A stretch of 64,000 nucleotides of DNA from Candidatus Rokuibacteriota bacterium (GTDB lineage: Bacteria; Methylomirabilota; Methylomirabilia; Rokubacteriales; CSP1-6), in contig JACPCX010000176.1 of the NCBI GenBank assembly GCA_016184305.1, positions 12,713-76,712 on the forward strand, in the 5' to 3' direction. Shown here piece after piece: positions 15,304-24,402 of the stretch. Below the pieces are notes generated by a model. That model was not told the DNA's origin, searched no databases, and saw nothing but the letters and a program-made list of their open reading frames with translations. Within the stretch, counting starts at the first letter, position 1; each line of letters opens with the position of its first letter. The translations under genes and the position numbers were made by a program.

Positions 15304-16091
15304 TCAGCGCTTCTGGTACTCCGGGCGCCAGCGCAGGAGCCGGCTCTCCACCTGCTTGATCCCCAGCGCCATCACGATGCCGATGACGCCGAGGACGAGG
15401 AGGTGCCGAGCGACTGGATGATCAGGTAGCCGAGCCCGCCGCCGGACTCCCCCCCGATGAACTCGCCCACCACCACCCCGATCAGCGCGAAGGAGATGGA
15501 CGGCGTCAGCGACGCGAAGGTCCAGGCCAGCGCCGAGGGAATCACGACGGTGCGCATGATCTGCCCCTCGCTCGCCCCGAGGAAGCGCGCCGAGTGGATC
15601 AGGTCCGCGTCCACGCTGCGGGCCCCCTGGAAGGTGTTGAAGAACACGATGAAGAAGACGATGGTCCAGGCGAGCACGATCTTCGCGAGGAGCCCGAATC
15701 CGAAGATCATGGTGATGAGCGGCACCAGCGCGATGCGCGGCAGGGAGTTGAAGGCGATGATGTAGGGCTCGAAGATCCGCGCCAGCCGGTCGTTCCGCCC
15801 CAGCACGAGCCCCGCCACGAAGCCGGTGGAGATGCCCACCAGGAAGCCCCACACCGTGGATTGCACGGTGGAGAGCGCCATGGCCCAGATGGTGAGCCGC
15901 ACCTCGGCCGAGGCCAGGTAGAGGAAGCGCCGGGCGATGGCCGACGGCCGGCTGATGAAGAAGGGGTCGATCCAGTAGAGGCCCGGCGTCTTCGAGATGG
16001 CCTTGATCCCGGTGAGATACTCCCAGGCGCCCAGGACCGCGACGAGGATGGCCAGTCGCCAGCACAGGACCTCCCAGCGGTCGCGCGTCAT
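15304..16091 (-). pseudogene. ABC transporter permease (NitT/TauC family), frameshifted near the 3' end
   Basis: Permease frame reads ...GLGYLIIQSLGT, then the hydrophobic tail LVLGVIGIVMALGIKQVESRLLRWRP continues in another frame; shift at about 15401. Confidence 0.75.
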
Positions 16092-16879
16092 GCCGTCCTC
16101 TCGGCGAACTCCTCGCCCAGCGCGTGCCAGATCTCGCCGTACTCCCGCAGATACTCGTCGCTCTCGCGGAGCGTGATCACGTCGCGAGGACGCCGCAGCC
16201 GCACCTCGTAGATCAGCTTGATCTTCCCGGGACGCCGGGTCAGCACCACGACCCGATCGGCGAGCGTGATGGCCTCGGAGAGATCGTGGGTGACGAACAC
16301 CACCGTCTGGTGCTTGGCCTCCCAGAGCCCGAGCAGCTCGGCGTGCAGGGTGAGCTTGGTGTGGGTGTCGAGCGCGCCGAAGGGCTCGTCCATCAGCAGG
16401 ATCTCGGGGTCCACGATCAGCGACCGCATGAGCGCCACCCGCTGCCGCATGCCGCCCGAGAGTGTGGCCGGAAAGGCGTCCTCGAAGCCCTGGAGCCCGG
16501 CCAGGGTGATGGCCTCGCGGACGCGGCGCTCGCGCTCGGCCGCCGGGATGCCGTGGTACTCCAGCCCCAGCGCGATGTTGCGCTCCACGGTCCGCCAGGG
16601 AAAGACCGTGTCCTTCTGGAAGACGTAGCCCACCTGGGGGGCGGGGCGTCCCGCGACGGGCTGGCCGTCCACCAGGATCTGGCCGCCCGACGGCGCCACG
16701 AGAGCGCCGATCATGTTGAGGATGGTGGACTTGCCGCAGCCGGAGGGGCCGACGACGGCCACGAACTCCTTGTCGCGCACGTCGAAGGAGACCCGGTCCA
16801 CCGCGGCGACCTCTCGTGCCCCCTGGGCGAAGGTCTTCGAGAGGTCACGGATGGCGATGCGCACGCGGGGCGCGGCCAC
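16088..16879 (-). CDS. ABC transporter ATP-binding protein (NitT/TauB family)
   Basis: GPSGCGKST, LSGGMRQR, LLMDEPFGALD, FVTHD. Confidence 0.92.
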   Translation of the reverse strand: MAAPRVRIAIRDLSKTFAQGAREVAAVDRVSFDVRDKEFVAVVGPSGCGKSTILNMIGALVAPSGGQILVDGQPVAGRPAPQVGYVFQKDTVFPWRTVERNIALGLEYHGIPAAERERRVREAITLAGLQGFEDAFPATLSGGMRQRVALMRSLIVDPEILLMDEPFGALDTHTKLTLHAELLGLWEAKHQTVVFVTHDLSEAITLADRVVVLTRRPGKIKLIYEVRLRRPRDVITLRESDEYLREYGEIWHALGEEFAERTA

Positions 16880-16881
16880 GC

Positions 16882-17979
16882 CTACGACTTGTACTTGGCC
16901 TGCGCCTTCTTGACGAAGCTCATGTCCACCGCCCGGGCATAGGGGATCGGCTTGTCCAGCGCGGTGGGCACCCACACCTTGATCCCGCGCTCGTAGTCCT
17001 TCTCCTCGATGAGGAAGTCCCAGTCGAAGATGGTCTTGTAGTACCGGACCGACTCCAGGACGACCTCGCGCTTGAACGTGTCCATGTAGGGCTTGTGGAG
17101 GAGGTCCACGACCTCCTCGTCCTTCGCCTTCCGGATCCACTGCTGGGCCCGGTAGCAGGCGTTGACATAGGCCTGGACGAGGTCCGGGGACTTCTCGATG
17201 GTCTCCTTGAGGACGTATCCCACGGTGACGGGGATGGGGCCGCCGAAGACGCGGTTCCAGGACTTCTCGTCGGCGATGTCGTAGATGGCCCGGCCGAACC
17301 CTTCCTCGACGGCCGCCGACTGCCACTCGGTCACGGCCATGATGGCGTCGAACTTGCCAGCCTTGAGGCCGCCGAGGATGGTGGTGGAGGCGCCCCCGCC
17401 CACCCACTCGACGTGGTCGTTGACCGTCTTGCCGTCGGCGGCCTTGGTGTTCTTCAGCACGTAGACCCCGTAGACGTAGGTGCCGGAGCCGATGGCCGTG
17501 GCGGCGATGACGGCCTTGCGCCCCACGAGCTTCTGGTCCGCGAGGGCCTCGACGCTCTTCACGCCGCGGTCGAACAGCTCCTTGCGGACGACGATGTTGG
17601 CGTAGGAGCAGCGCGTGTCGGTCGCGAAGATCATGAGGGCATCCTTGCCCTTCTCGGTGATCTTGAGCGGGTGGTTCGAGTCGCCCAGCGCGAACATCAC
17701 CTGTCCAGCCGCGAGTGCCTGCACCACCTTGGCGCCGCCGCCGGGCACGATGAAGTCCGGGGTCTTGACGCCCTCCTCCTCGAAGAGCTTCTTCTGGGCC
17801 GCGACGAGGTGCTGCCCGTAGACGAAGGTCGAGACGCTGTGGGAAGCGCTGATGGGCCGGAGGCCCTGGGCAAGGCCGACGGCCGGCAGCCCGCCGGCTG
17901 CGGAGGCCACGCCCGCGAGGGCGGCGGCTTCGAGGAACCGGCGGCGCGTGAGGGGCTGGGCGTGAGAGGCGCGTGTCAT
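16882..17979 (-). CDS. ABC transporter substrate-binding protein (NMT1/SsuA-like) with Tat signal
   Basis: TRRRFLEAAAL twin-arginine motif, GGAGA RBS, SsuA/THI5-like pattern. Confidence 0.85.
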   Translation of the reverse strand: MTRASHAQPLTRRRFLEAAALAGVASAAGGLPAVGLAQGLRPISASHSVSTFVYGQHLVAAQKKLFEEEGVKTPDFIVPGGGAKVVQALAAGQVMFALGDSNHPLKITEKGKDALMIFATDTRCSYANIVVRKELFDRGVKSVEALADQKLVGRKAVIAATAIGSGTYVYGVYVLKNTKAADGKTVNDHVEWVGGGASTTILGGLKAGKFDAIMAVTEWQSAAVEEGFGRAIYDIADEKSWNRVFGGPIPVTVGYVLKETIEKSPDLVQAYVNACYRAQQWIRKAKDEEVVDLLHKPYMDTFKREVVLESVRYYKTIFDWDFLIEEKDYERGIKVWVPTALDKPIPYARAVDMSFVKKAQAKYKS

Positions 17980-18049
17980 GGATTGTCTCCAAGTCTCCCG
18001 CCGGGGTCCCGGGGGTCGGGTGGTCACTGCAGTGCTGCGTCCGGGCTGA

Positions 18050-18078
18050 ACTCTACACGCGGCCGGGGTCGCTGTCAA
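18050..18078 (-). promoter_or_regulatory. sigma70-type promoter for the ABC operon
   Basis: Minus strand TTGACA (18078-18073), 17 bp, TAGAGT (18055-18050). Confidence 0.6.
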
Positions 18079-18099
18079 CGGCCCGCCGCGTCGAACATA

Positions 18100-18128
18100 T
18101 TGACAGAAAAGGTCTTTCGGGCTAACCT
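18100..18128 (+). promoter_or_regulatory. sigma70-type promoter for yicC-gmk-rpoZ
   Basis: TTGACA (18100-18105), 17 bp, TAACCT (18123-18128); back-to-back with the divergent promoter. Confidence 0.7.
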
Positions 18129-18181
18129 CCACTAATGACAGCGCCCGATGCAGTTCCCACTCCGGACGCCCAGAGGCCCTC

Positions 18182-19066
18182 ATGATTCGCAGCATGACAG
18201 GATACGGCCGGGCGGAGGTGTCCGGGGCCCGGCTGGCGGTGTCGGTCGAGTGCAAGTCGGTCAACCATCGGCATCTCGACATCGCGCTCAAGCTCCCCCG
18301 TCTCCTTGCCCCCTTCGAGCCTGAGGCCCGCCGGCTGATCCAGGCCGCCGCGCAGCGCGGGCGGGTGGACGTGAGCGTGACGGCGACCCCGGCGGCCGGC
18401 ACCGCGTCGAACCCGTTGACGCTCAACACGGAGCAGGCTCGGGAGTACATGACGGCGGCCAAGCATCTGGCGGATGACCTGAAGCTGCCGGGCGGGCCTC
18501 GGCTCGAGTGGCTGCTCGGCCAGCCGGGCGTGCTCGCCCGCGAAGAGCAGACGATCGCGTCGCCAGAGGAGGCCTCCGGGCTCCTGGAACAGGCGCTCTC
18601 CCAGGCGCTCGCCGACCTGGTCGCCCGGCGCGAGACCGAGGGCAAGGCGCTGTGCCAGGAGATGTTCGCGCTCCACGAGGCCCTCGCCGCCCAGGTCGCC
18701 CTCGTCGCCGCGCGGGCGCCCATGGCGGTCGAGCGCCGGAGCGCGCGCCTCCGCGAGCGCATGGACTCGCTCCTCGGGGAGGCGCAACTCGACGAGGCGC
18801 GCCTGGCCATGGAGGTGGCTGTCTGGGCCGAGCGCTCGGACATCAGCGAGGAGCTGGTGCGGCTGCGCGCGCACCTCGATCAGTTCAGCGCGCTGCTCGA
18901 CGCGGGCGGGGCGGTGGGGCGGACGCTCGACTTCTTGATCCAGGAGATCAACCGGGAGGTGAACACGGTCGGATCCAAGGCCGACGATCTGCAGATCTCC
19001 CAGGCGGTGATCGCCGCCAAGTCCACCCTGGAGAAGCTCAGGGAGCAGGTGCAGAACCTCGAGTGA
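18182..19066 (+). CDS. yicC: YicC/YloC family endoribonuclease
   Basis: MIRSMTGYG, KSVNHR, DISEELVRL, GRTLDFLIQEINREVNT.GSK, EQVQNLE. Confidence 0.93.
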   Translation: MIRSMTGYGRAEVSGARLAVSVECKSVNHRHLDIALKLPRLLAPFEPEARRLIQAAAQRGRVDVSVTATPAAGTASNPLTLNTEQAREYMTAAKHLADDLKLPGGPRLEWLLGQPGVLAREEQTIASPEEASGLLEQALSQALADLVARRETEGKALCQEMFALHEALAAQVALVAARAPMAVERRSARLRERMDSLLGEAQLDEARLAMEVAVWAERSDISEELVRLRAHLDQFSALLDAGGAVGRTLDFLIQEINREVNTVGSKADDLQISQAVIAAKSTLEKLREQVQNLE

Positions 19067-19686
19067 TGGAGCTGATCAAGCGGCGCGGGACCCTCGTGGT
19101 CGTCTCGGCCCCATCGGGAGCGGGCAAGACCACCCTGTGCCACGAGGTGCGATCCATCGTGCCCGACCTGTTCTACTCGGTGTCGTACACGACGCGGGCC
19201 CCGCGCTCGGGAGAACGGACCGGCCGCGACTTCCACTTCGTCACGGAGCGGGAGTTCACGGCCATGCGGGAGCGCGACGAGTTCGCCGAGTGGGCGCAGG
19301 TCCACGGCCATCTGTACGCCACGCCAGCCCGGGCGCTGGAGGGCGCGCTGTCGCGGGGACTCGACGTGCTGCTGGACATCGATACCCACGGGGCCCGGCA
19401 GCTGTGCCAGCGGTTTCCGGCGGCGGTGTCCGTGTTCATCATGGCGCCGTCCCTGGCCGAGCTGGACGCGCGGCTGCGTGAGCGGAAGAGCGATGCGCCG
19501 GGCGAGATCGCCCGGCGCCTGGTGCGGGCACGCGAGGAGATCGCGGCCTGGCGCGAGTACCATTACCTGATCATCAACCGGGACGTGAAGGACGCCGTGG
19601 ACCAGCTCGCCACGATCATCCAGGCCGAGCGTTGTCGCACGAGCCGACTCACGCTCAGATTCCCGGACGTGGAGGTACCCGAGTGA
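19066..19686 (+). CDS. gmk: Guanylate kinase
   Basis: SAPSGAGKTT, SVSYTTRAPR, EWAQVHGHLY. Confidence 0.95.
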   Translation: MELIKRRGTLVVVSAPSGAGKTTLCHEVRSIVPDLFYSVSYTTRAPRSGERTGRDFHFVTEREFTAMRERDEFAEWAQVHGHLYATPARALEGALSRGLDVLLDIDTHGARQLCQRFPAAVSVFIMAPSLAELDARLRERKSDAPGEIARRLVRAREEIAAWREYHYLIINRDVKDAVDQLATIIQAERCRTSRLTLRFPDVEVPE

Positions 19687-19898
19687 TGCCGTTCCCATCC
19701 CTGGAGAAGTCCCTCAACAAGGTCTCGAACCGCTACCTGCTGGTCGTCCTGGCCGCCAAGCGCGCCCGCCAGCTGAACCGCGGCGCCGCGCCCCAGGTCG
19801 AAACCAAGCACAAGAAGCCCACCAGCATTGCGCTGGAGGAGGTCGCCGAGGGGAAGGTGGGCTACCGCCTGAAGGAAGAGGACGGGAGCAAGGCCTGA
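19686..19898 (+). CDS. rpoZ: RNA polymerase omega subunit
   Basis: NRYLLVVLAAKRARQL, KPTSIALEEV. Confidence 0.93.
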   Translation: MPFPSLEKSLNKVSNRYLLVVLAAKRARQLNRGAAPQVETKHKKPTSIALEEVAEGKVGYRLKEEDGSKA

Positions 19899-19945
19899 CG
19901 CCGACGCGTCGAAGGCTCGCGGAGGCCCCCGAGTGATCACAGGAC

Positions 19946-20065
19946 CCGATGAGCGCTTGCGCGAAGAGGCCCGACCGCCAGACCGACGTGAGCGACGTTC
20001 AAGCGACCAAGAAGTCAGTCACATTCAAGCGACCAAGACGTGAGTCACATTCACGCGACCAAGAC
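19946..20065 (+). repeat. GA-mismatch hairpin followed by three tandem 26 bp repeats
   Basis: Units at 19985, 20011, 20037 (GAcGTgAGTCACATTCAAGCGACCAA-like); shares CCCGATGAGCGC..GCGCGAAGAGGCC and CACATTCAAGCGACC with 25343-25478. Confidence 0.85.
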
Positions 20066-21313
20066 ATGCTCGCCGGTTCGGAGCTGATCCTCGGCGTGAC
20101 GGGCAGCATCGCCGCCTACAAGGCGGCGTACCTGCTCCGGGAGCTCAGGCGCGCCGGCGCCCTGGTCACGGTGGTCACCACCGCCCACGCCGAGCGGTTC
20201 GTGGGCGCCCTCACGTGGCGGACCCTGTCCGGCCGGCCGGTGCTCTCCGATCTGTTCGATCCCCGGAGCGAGGAGGCGGTGGAGCATGTGGCGCTGGCCG
20301 AGCGCGCGCATGCCGTCATCGTGGCGCCGGCCACCGCCAACATCCTGGCCAAGGCCGCTCACGGGCTGGCCGACGATTTCCTCTCGACGCTGCTCCTGGC
20401 GGCGCGCGGCCCCGTGCTCATGGTCCCCGCCATGGACGGCGGCATGTGGTCCCACCCCGCCACCTCGGCCAACGTGGCCACGCTGCGTGCCCGTGGCGTC
20501 ACCGTGCTGGACCCGGACTCGGGTGAGCTCGCCTCCGGGCTCGCGGGCAAGGGACGCTTGCCCGAGGTGGACAGCATCCTCGAGGCTGTCGAGCGCCTCC
20601 TGACCCCGGTACGCGATCTGGCCGGCGAGCGCATCCTCGTCACCGCCGGGCCCACGCGTGAGCCCATCGATCCGGTGCGCTACCTCTCGAACCGCTCGTC
20701 GGGGAAGATGGGCCATGCCCTCGCGACGGCGGCCCTCCGCCGCGGGGCCGAGGTCGTCCTGATCTCCGGGCCCACGTCCCTCACGCCGCCATCCGGCGCG
20801 GTGTACGTGCCGGTGCAGACGGCGGAAGAGATGCGCGAGGCCGCGCTCCAGCACATCGAGTCGGCCACGATCGTGATCAAGGCGGCCGCCGTGGCCGACT
20901 ACCGTGTGAGGGATCCGCACGCCCGCAAGATCAAGTCCTCGAAGGCGGAAGGGCTCACGCTCGAGCTGCTGCCCACCCCCGATATCCTCAAGGAGCTGGC
21001 AGCCCGACGGGGCCGCGCCTTCATCGTGGGATTCGCCGCCGAGACCCACGACGTGCGTGCCTCCGGAACGGAGAAGCTCCGCTCGAAGGGGATCGACCTG
21101 CTCGTGGCGAACGACGTGAGCCGGCAGGGCATCGGCTTCGAGTCGGACGACAACGAGGTGCTGCTGCTGGACCGATGGGGCGGCGCGATCGAGCTGCCTC
21201 GCATGCGCAAGCTCGCGGTGGCCGGCGCCATCCTCGACCGCGCTCTGGCACTTCGCGCCGCGGCGGCCGCCTCACCCGACCACGCCGCTCCTCACCCCCG
21301 ACCGCTCCCCTGA
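20066..21313 (+). CDS. coaBC: Phosphopantothenoylcysteine decarboxylase/synthetase
   Basis: GVTGSIAAYKA, APATANILAK, VTAGPTREPIDPVRYLSNRSSGKMG, VGFAAET. Confidence 0.96.
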   Translation: MLAGSELILGVTGSIAAYKAAYLLRELRRAGALVTVVTTAHAERFVGALTWRTLSGRPVLSDLFDPRSEEAVEHVALAERAHAVIVAPATANILAKAAHGLADDFLSTLLLAARGPVLMVPAMDGGMWSHPATSANVATLRARGVTVLDPDSGELASGLAGKGRLPEVDSILEAVERLLTPVRDLAGERILVTAGPTREPIDPVRYLSNRSSGKMGHALATAALRRGAEVVLISGPTSLTPPSGAVYVPVQTAEEMREAALQHIESATIVIKAAAVADYRVRDPHARKIKSSKAEGLTLELLPTPDILKELAARRGRAFIVGFAAETHDVRASGTEKLRSKGIDLLVANDVSRQGIGFESDDNEVLLLDRWGGAIELPRMRKLAVAGAILDRALALRAAAAASPDHAAPHPRPLP

Positions 21314-21336
21314 CGGGAGCGGGAGAGAGCACGATC

Positions 21337-22017
21337 ATGGATGAGCGGGAGATCCTCGCCGGCGTGCTGCGCGACCTCGCCCAGACGCTCCGGCATCACC
21401 AGGACCTCGGCGTGACGGAGATCTCCCTCGCCCAGGCCCCCGTCGTCGATCCGCGAGAGGCGCTGCGGACCCAGGAGGCGGCGCTCCAGGGCTGCCCGCG
21501 CTGCAAGCTCTCCACGAGCCGGACCACCGTCGTCTTCGGCTCGGGCAACCCGCGGGCCCGGCTGCTCGTGGTCGGAGAGGGGCCCGGCGAGGAGGAGGAC
21601 CGGCAGGGCAAGCCGTTCGTGGGACGCGCGGGGCAGCTCCTGACCAAGATGCTCGCGGCGGTGGGATTCGATCGCGAGCGCGACTGCTACATCGCCAACG
21701 TGGTCAAATGCCGCCCGGAGCGTAACCGGAACCCGGAGCCGGACGAGGTGGCGGCGTGCACCCCATTCCTGATGGCCCAGGTGGACACCCTCCAGCCGGC
21801 GGTGATCCTGGCCCTCGGTAACTTCGCGGCGCAGACGCTCCTCGCCACGAGGGAAGGGATCACGAAGCTCCGCGGCCGCACCTACGAGTACCGGTCGAGC
21901 GTGCTGGTGCCCACCTTCCATCCAGCCTTCCTCCTGAGAAATCCCGGCCAGGAGTTCAAGCGCATGGCGTGGGACGATCTCAAGCTGGCCCGCCGGGAAT
22001 ACGACCGCTTCACGTGA
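21337..22017 (+). CDS. Family 4 uracil-DNA glycosylase (Fe-S)
   Basis: CPRCKL, VGEGPG..ED.QG.PFVG, NVVKCRP, TFHPA. Confidence 0.92.
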   Translation: MDEREILAGVLRDLAQTLRHHQDLGVTEISLAQAPVVDPREALRTQEAALQGCPRCKLSTSRTTVVFGSGNPRARLLVVGEGPGEEEDRQGKPFVGRAGQLLTKMLAAVGFDRERDCYIANVVKCRPERNRNPEPDEVAACTPFLMAQVDTLQPAVILALGNFAAQTLLATREGITKLRGRTYEYRSSVLVPTFHPAFLLRNPGQEFKRMAWDDLKLARREYDRFT

Positions 22018-23795
22018 TCGCGGACGTCGTCTTCGATCTCCCCCTCCGGCATCCCCTCTCCTACCGCGTGCCCGATGGGCTGGCGCTCGTGCCCGGGCAG
22101 CGTGTGAGGGCGCCGCTCGGCGGGCGGACCCGCGTGGGGATCGTGGTGGGTGTCCGTCAGGACGCGGCCGACGGCCTCAAACCTCTCGACTCAGCGGTCG
22201 AGCCGGTCCCCGTCCTGTCCGCCGCCATGATCGAGATCGGCCGGTGGGCGGCCGAGGAGAGCCTCTCCTCGCTGGGCGGGACGCTCGCGGCTATGCTGCC
22301 ACCCTTGCCCCGAGGCGACACTCGCGAAAGCCTGGCGCCGCCGCCTGAGCCCTCCCGGGCGGCCGGGACGCCGTCCGAGCTCTGGGTGGACACCCGCCGC
22401 GAGGCGAGACTGGCCGAGCGCCTCGGGAGCGAGAAGGGCACGAGCCTCGTCATCGCTCCGGACATCGAGGCGGCCGCGCGCTGGGCCGAGCGGCTCGACG
22501 CCGCCAGGCTGGACAGCGGGGCGCCCGAGGTGGCGCGGCGGGCGGCCTGGTTCGGCGCCTCGCGCGGCCGCGCCCGCATCGTCGTGGGCACGCGCTCGGC
22601 GCTCCTCGTCCCGCTGCCGCCGCCGGCGACACTCGTGCTCCTGGACGAGCACGATCCCGCCCACAAGCCCCCCGGAGCGCCGCGCATGCACTCCCGCGAG
22701 ATGCTCGTGGAGCGGGCCCGCCGCGAGGGCAGCCGGCTCGTCATGCTCTCGCCAACGCCGTCGGTCGAGACCTGGTGGCGCGCCGACAACCGCCACGTCC
22801 ACCGGCAGGACGCCGCGCCTGTCCCGTGGCCCGAGGTCGTCACCGCCGACACGCGCGGCATCCTGAGGAATCACCCGCTGACGCTCCCGCTGACTCGCGC
22901 CATCGAGGAGATGGCGCGCCGCGACCGTCCCACGGCGCTCGTGGTCACGCGGGAGGCCGCCGCGCTGGGGTGCGACGAGTGCGGCGCGGCGTTCAGGTGT
23001 CCGGACTGCGGGGTGGCGCTGGCCCTGTCCCGGAGCGAGCGGCGCCTCAGTTGCCGCCTCTGCTCGCGCACCGATCCCCTGCCCACCGTCTGTCCCGACT
23101 GCGGAGGACACCGCCTGTCCCCCTTCGGCTGGGGCGCCGAACGCGTCGAGTCCTCGCTGCGCAAGCGGTTCCCGCGGCTGTCGATCTCCCGCGCCCCGGA
23201 CGCCCGGCTCGATCCGCATGTCCAGGTCCTCATCGGCACCGCGGGGCTGCTTCGCGGGGCTCCGCCGGGACGCTTCGGCTGCGTCGGATTCGTGGCGCTC
23301 GACGCGCTCCTGCGCGTGCCGGACTTCCGCGCTGGCGAGCGGGCCTTCGTTGCCCTGTGGGCTGCGGCCGAGGCGGTGGGACCCGGCGGCCGCGTCATCG
23401 TGCAGACCCTGCACCCCGAGCACTACGCCATCCGCGCCATCAGGGAGCAGTCCCGCGCGACGTTCTATGCGAGCGAGCTCACGTTCCGGGCCGAGCTGGG
23501 TTACCCGCCCTTTTGCCGTCTCTGCCTGCTCTCCATCCGGGGGCGGGACGAAGCGGGCGCGCGCGCGCTCGTGACCGAGTCCGAGGGCATCCTCCGCGGC
23601 ATCCCCGGTCTCACCGTCTATTCGGCGGCAGCCCGCGGGGCCGCGGGCGCCCGCCGCCCGCTCTGGCGCTTCGCCATCAAGGGACCGGCCGAGCTCCCCC
23701 GGCTCGTCGCCGAGCCGCTCCGGCGGCTGCTCGAGCGGCGACGCCGCGCGAGCGGTGTGGTAGAAATAGAGATGGATCCGCTCTCGCTCGCGTGA
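22014..23795 (+). CDS. priA: Primosomal protein N' with degenerate helicase motifs
   Basis: N-terminal 3'-DNA-binding domain, IVVGTRSA, LLDEHD, four CxxC zinc-knuckle pairs, PDFRAGER, IVQT; no Walker A motif visible. Confidence 0.85.
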   Translation: MIADVVFDLPLRHPLSYRVPDGLALVPGQRVRAPLGGRTRVGIVVGVRQDAADGLKPLDSAVEPVPVLSAAMIEIGRWAAEESLSSLGGTLAAMLPPLPRGDTRESLAPPPEPSRAAGTPSELWVDTRREARLAERLGSEKGTSLVIAPDIEAAARWAERLDAARLDSGAPEVARRAAWFGASRGRARIVVGTRSALLVPLPPPATLVLLDEHDPAHKPPGAPRMHSREMLVERARREGSRLVMLSPTPSVETWWRADNRHVHRQDAAPVPWPEVVTADTRGILRNHPLTLPLTRAIEEMARRDRPTALVVTREAAALGCDECGAAFRCPDCGVALALSRSERRLSCRLCSRTDPLPTVCPDCGGHRLSPFGWGAERVESSLRKRFPRLSISRAPDARLDPHVQVLIGTAGLLRGAPPGRFGCVGFVALDALLRVPDFRAGERAFVALWAAAEAVGPGGRVIVQTLHPEHYAIRAIREQSRATFYASELTFRAELGYPPFCRLCLLSIRGRDEAGARALVTESEGILRGIPGLTVYSAAARGAAGARRPLWRFAIKGPAELPRLVAEPLRRLLERRRRASGVVEIEMDPLSLA

Positions 23796-23813
23796 GGGCG
23801 GAGCGAGCGAGAG
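23781..23813. other. 11 bp perfect hairpin over the priA stop codon
   Basis: CTCTCGCTCGC ... GCGAGCGAGAG. Confidence 0.5.
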
Positions 23814-23829
23814 AGGAGAGCCCCCGCGC

Positions 23830-24351
23830 GTGGCGATATTGTCGGTGAGGCGCTATGGCGACCCCATCCTCAGGCAGAAGGCCACACCGGTCGCGTCCCT
23901 GACGCCCGCCATCACGACGATCCTCGAGGACATGGTGGAGACCATGTTCCAGCAGGTCGGGATCGGTTTGGCGGCGCCGCAGGTGGGCATCCCGCTCCGC
24001 CTGATCGTCATGGACGATGGCAAGCGGGGCGCCCGGGCGCTGGTGAACCCGGTCATCATCGAACGGCGCGGGGCGGTGCGCGCGGAAGAGGGGTGCCTGT
24101 CCCTGCCGGGGATCTTCGCCGAGGTGGAGCGGAGCGAATCGGTGCGGGTCGAAGCGCTGGACGGCGACGGCGCGCCCGTCTCCTTCGAGGCCCGCGACCT
24201 GCACGCTCGCGTGATTCAGCACGAGGTGGACCACCTGGACGGAATCCTCTTCATCGACCATCTGCCTCCCGTCACGCGGGACCGGATCAAGAAGCGGATC
24301 CAGAAGGACGGGCTGCCCGAGGCGGCCCCCCACCACGCCTTCGCGCTCTAG
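23830..24351 (+). CDS. def: Peptide deformylase
   Basis: GIGLAAPQVG, EGCLSLPG, QHEVDHLDG. Confidence 0.96.
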   Translation: MAILSVRRYGDPILRQKATPVASLTPAITTILEDMVETMFQQVGIGLAAPQVGIPLRLIVMDDGKRGARALVNPVIIERRGAVRAEEGCLSLPGIFAEVERSESVRVEALDGDGAPVSFEARDLHARVIQHEVDHLDGILFIDHLPPVTRDRIKKRIQKDGLPEAAPHHAFAL

Positions 24352-24395
24352 CCGGTTGCTGAAAAACTCGCAGGCTGCTCAATAATGTCCGCTAG
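24348..24395. repeat. Truncated copy of the 6152-6364 element, CTAG-flanked
   Basis: GGTTGCTGAAAAACTCGCAGGCTGCTCAA identical to 6158-6186; CTAG at 24348 and 24392. Confidence 0.8.
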
Positions 24396-24402
24396 GCCGC
24401 GC

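Noticed and set aside
19985..20062. 26 bp repeats, also the 66 bp and 14 bp repeats, as a possible CRISPR array
   Set aside because: Units are directly adjacent with no unique spacers, and no cas genes are present
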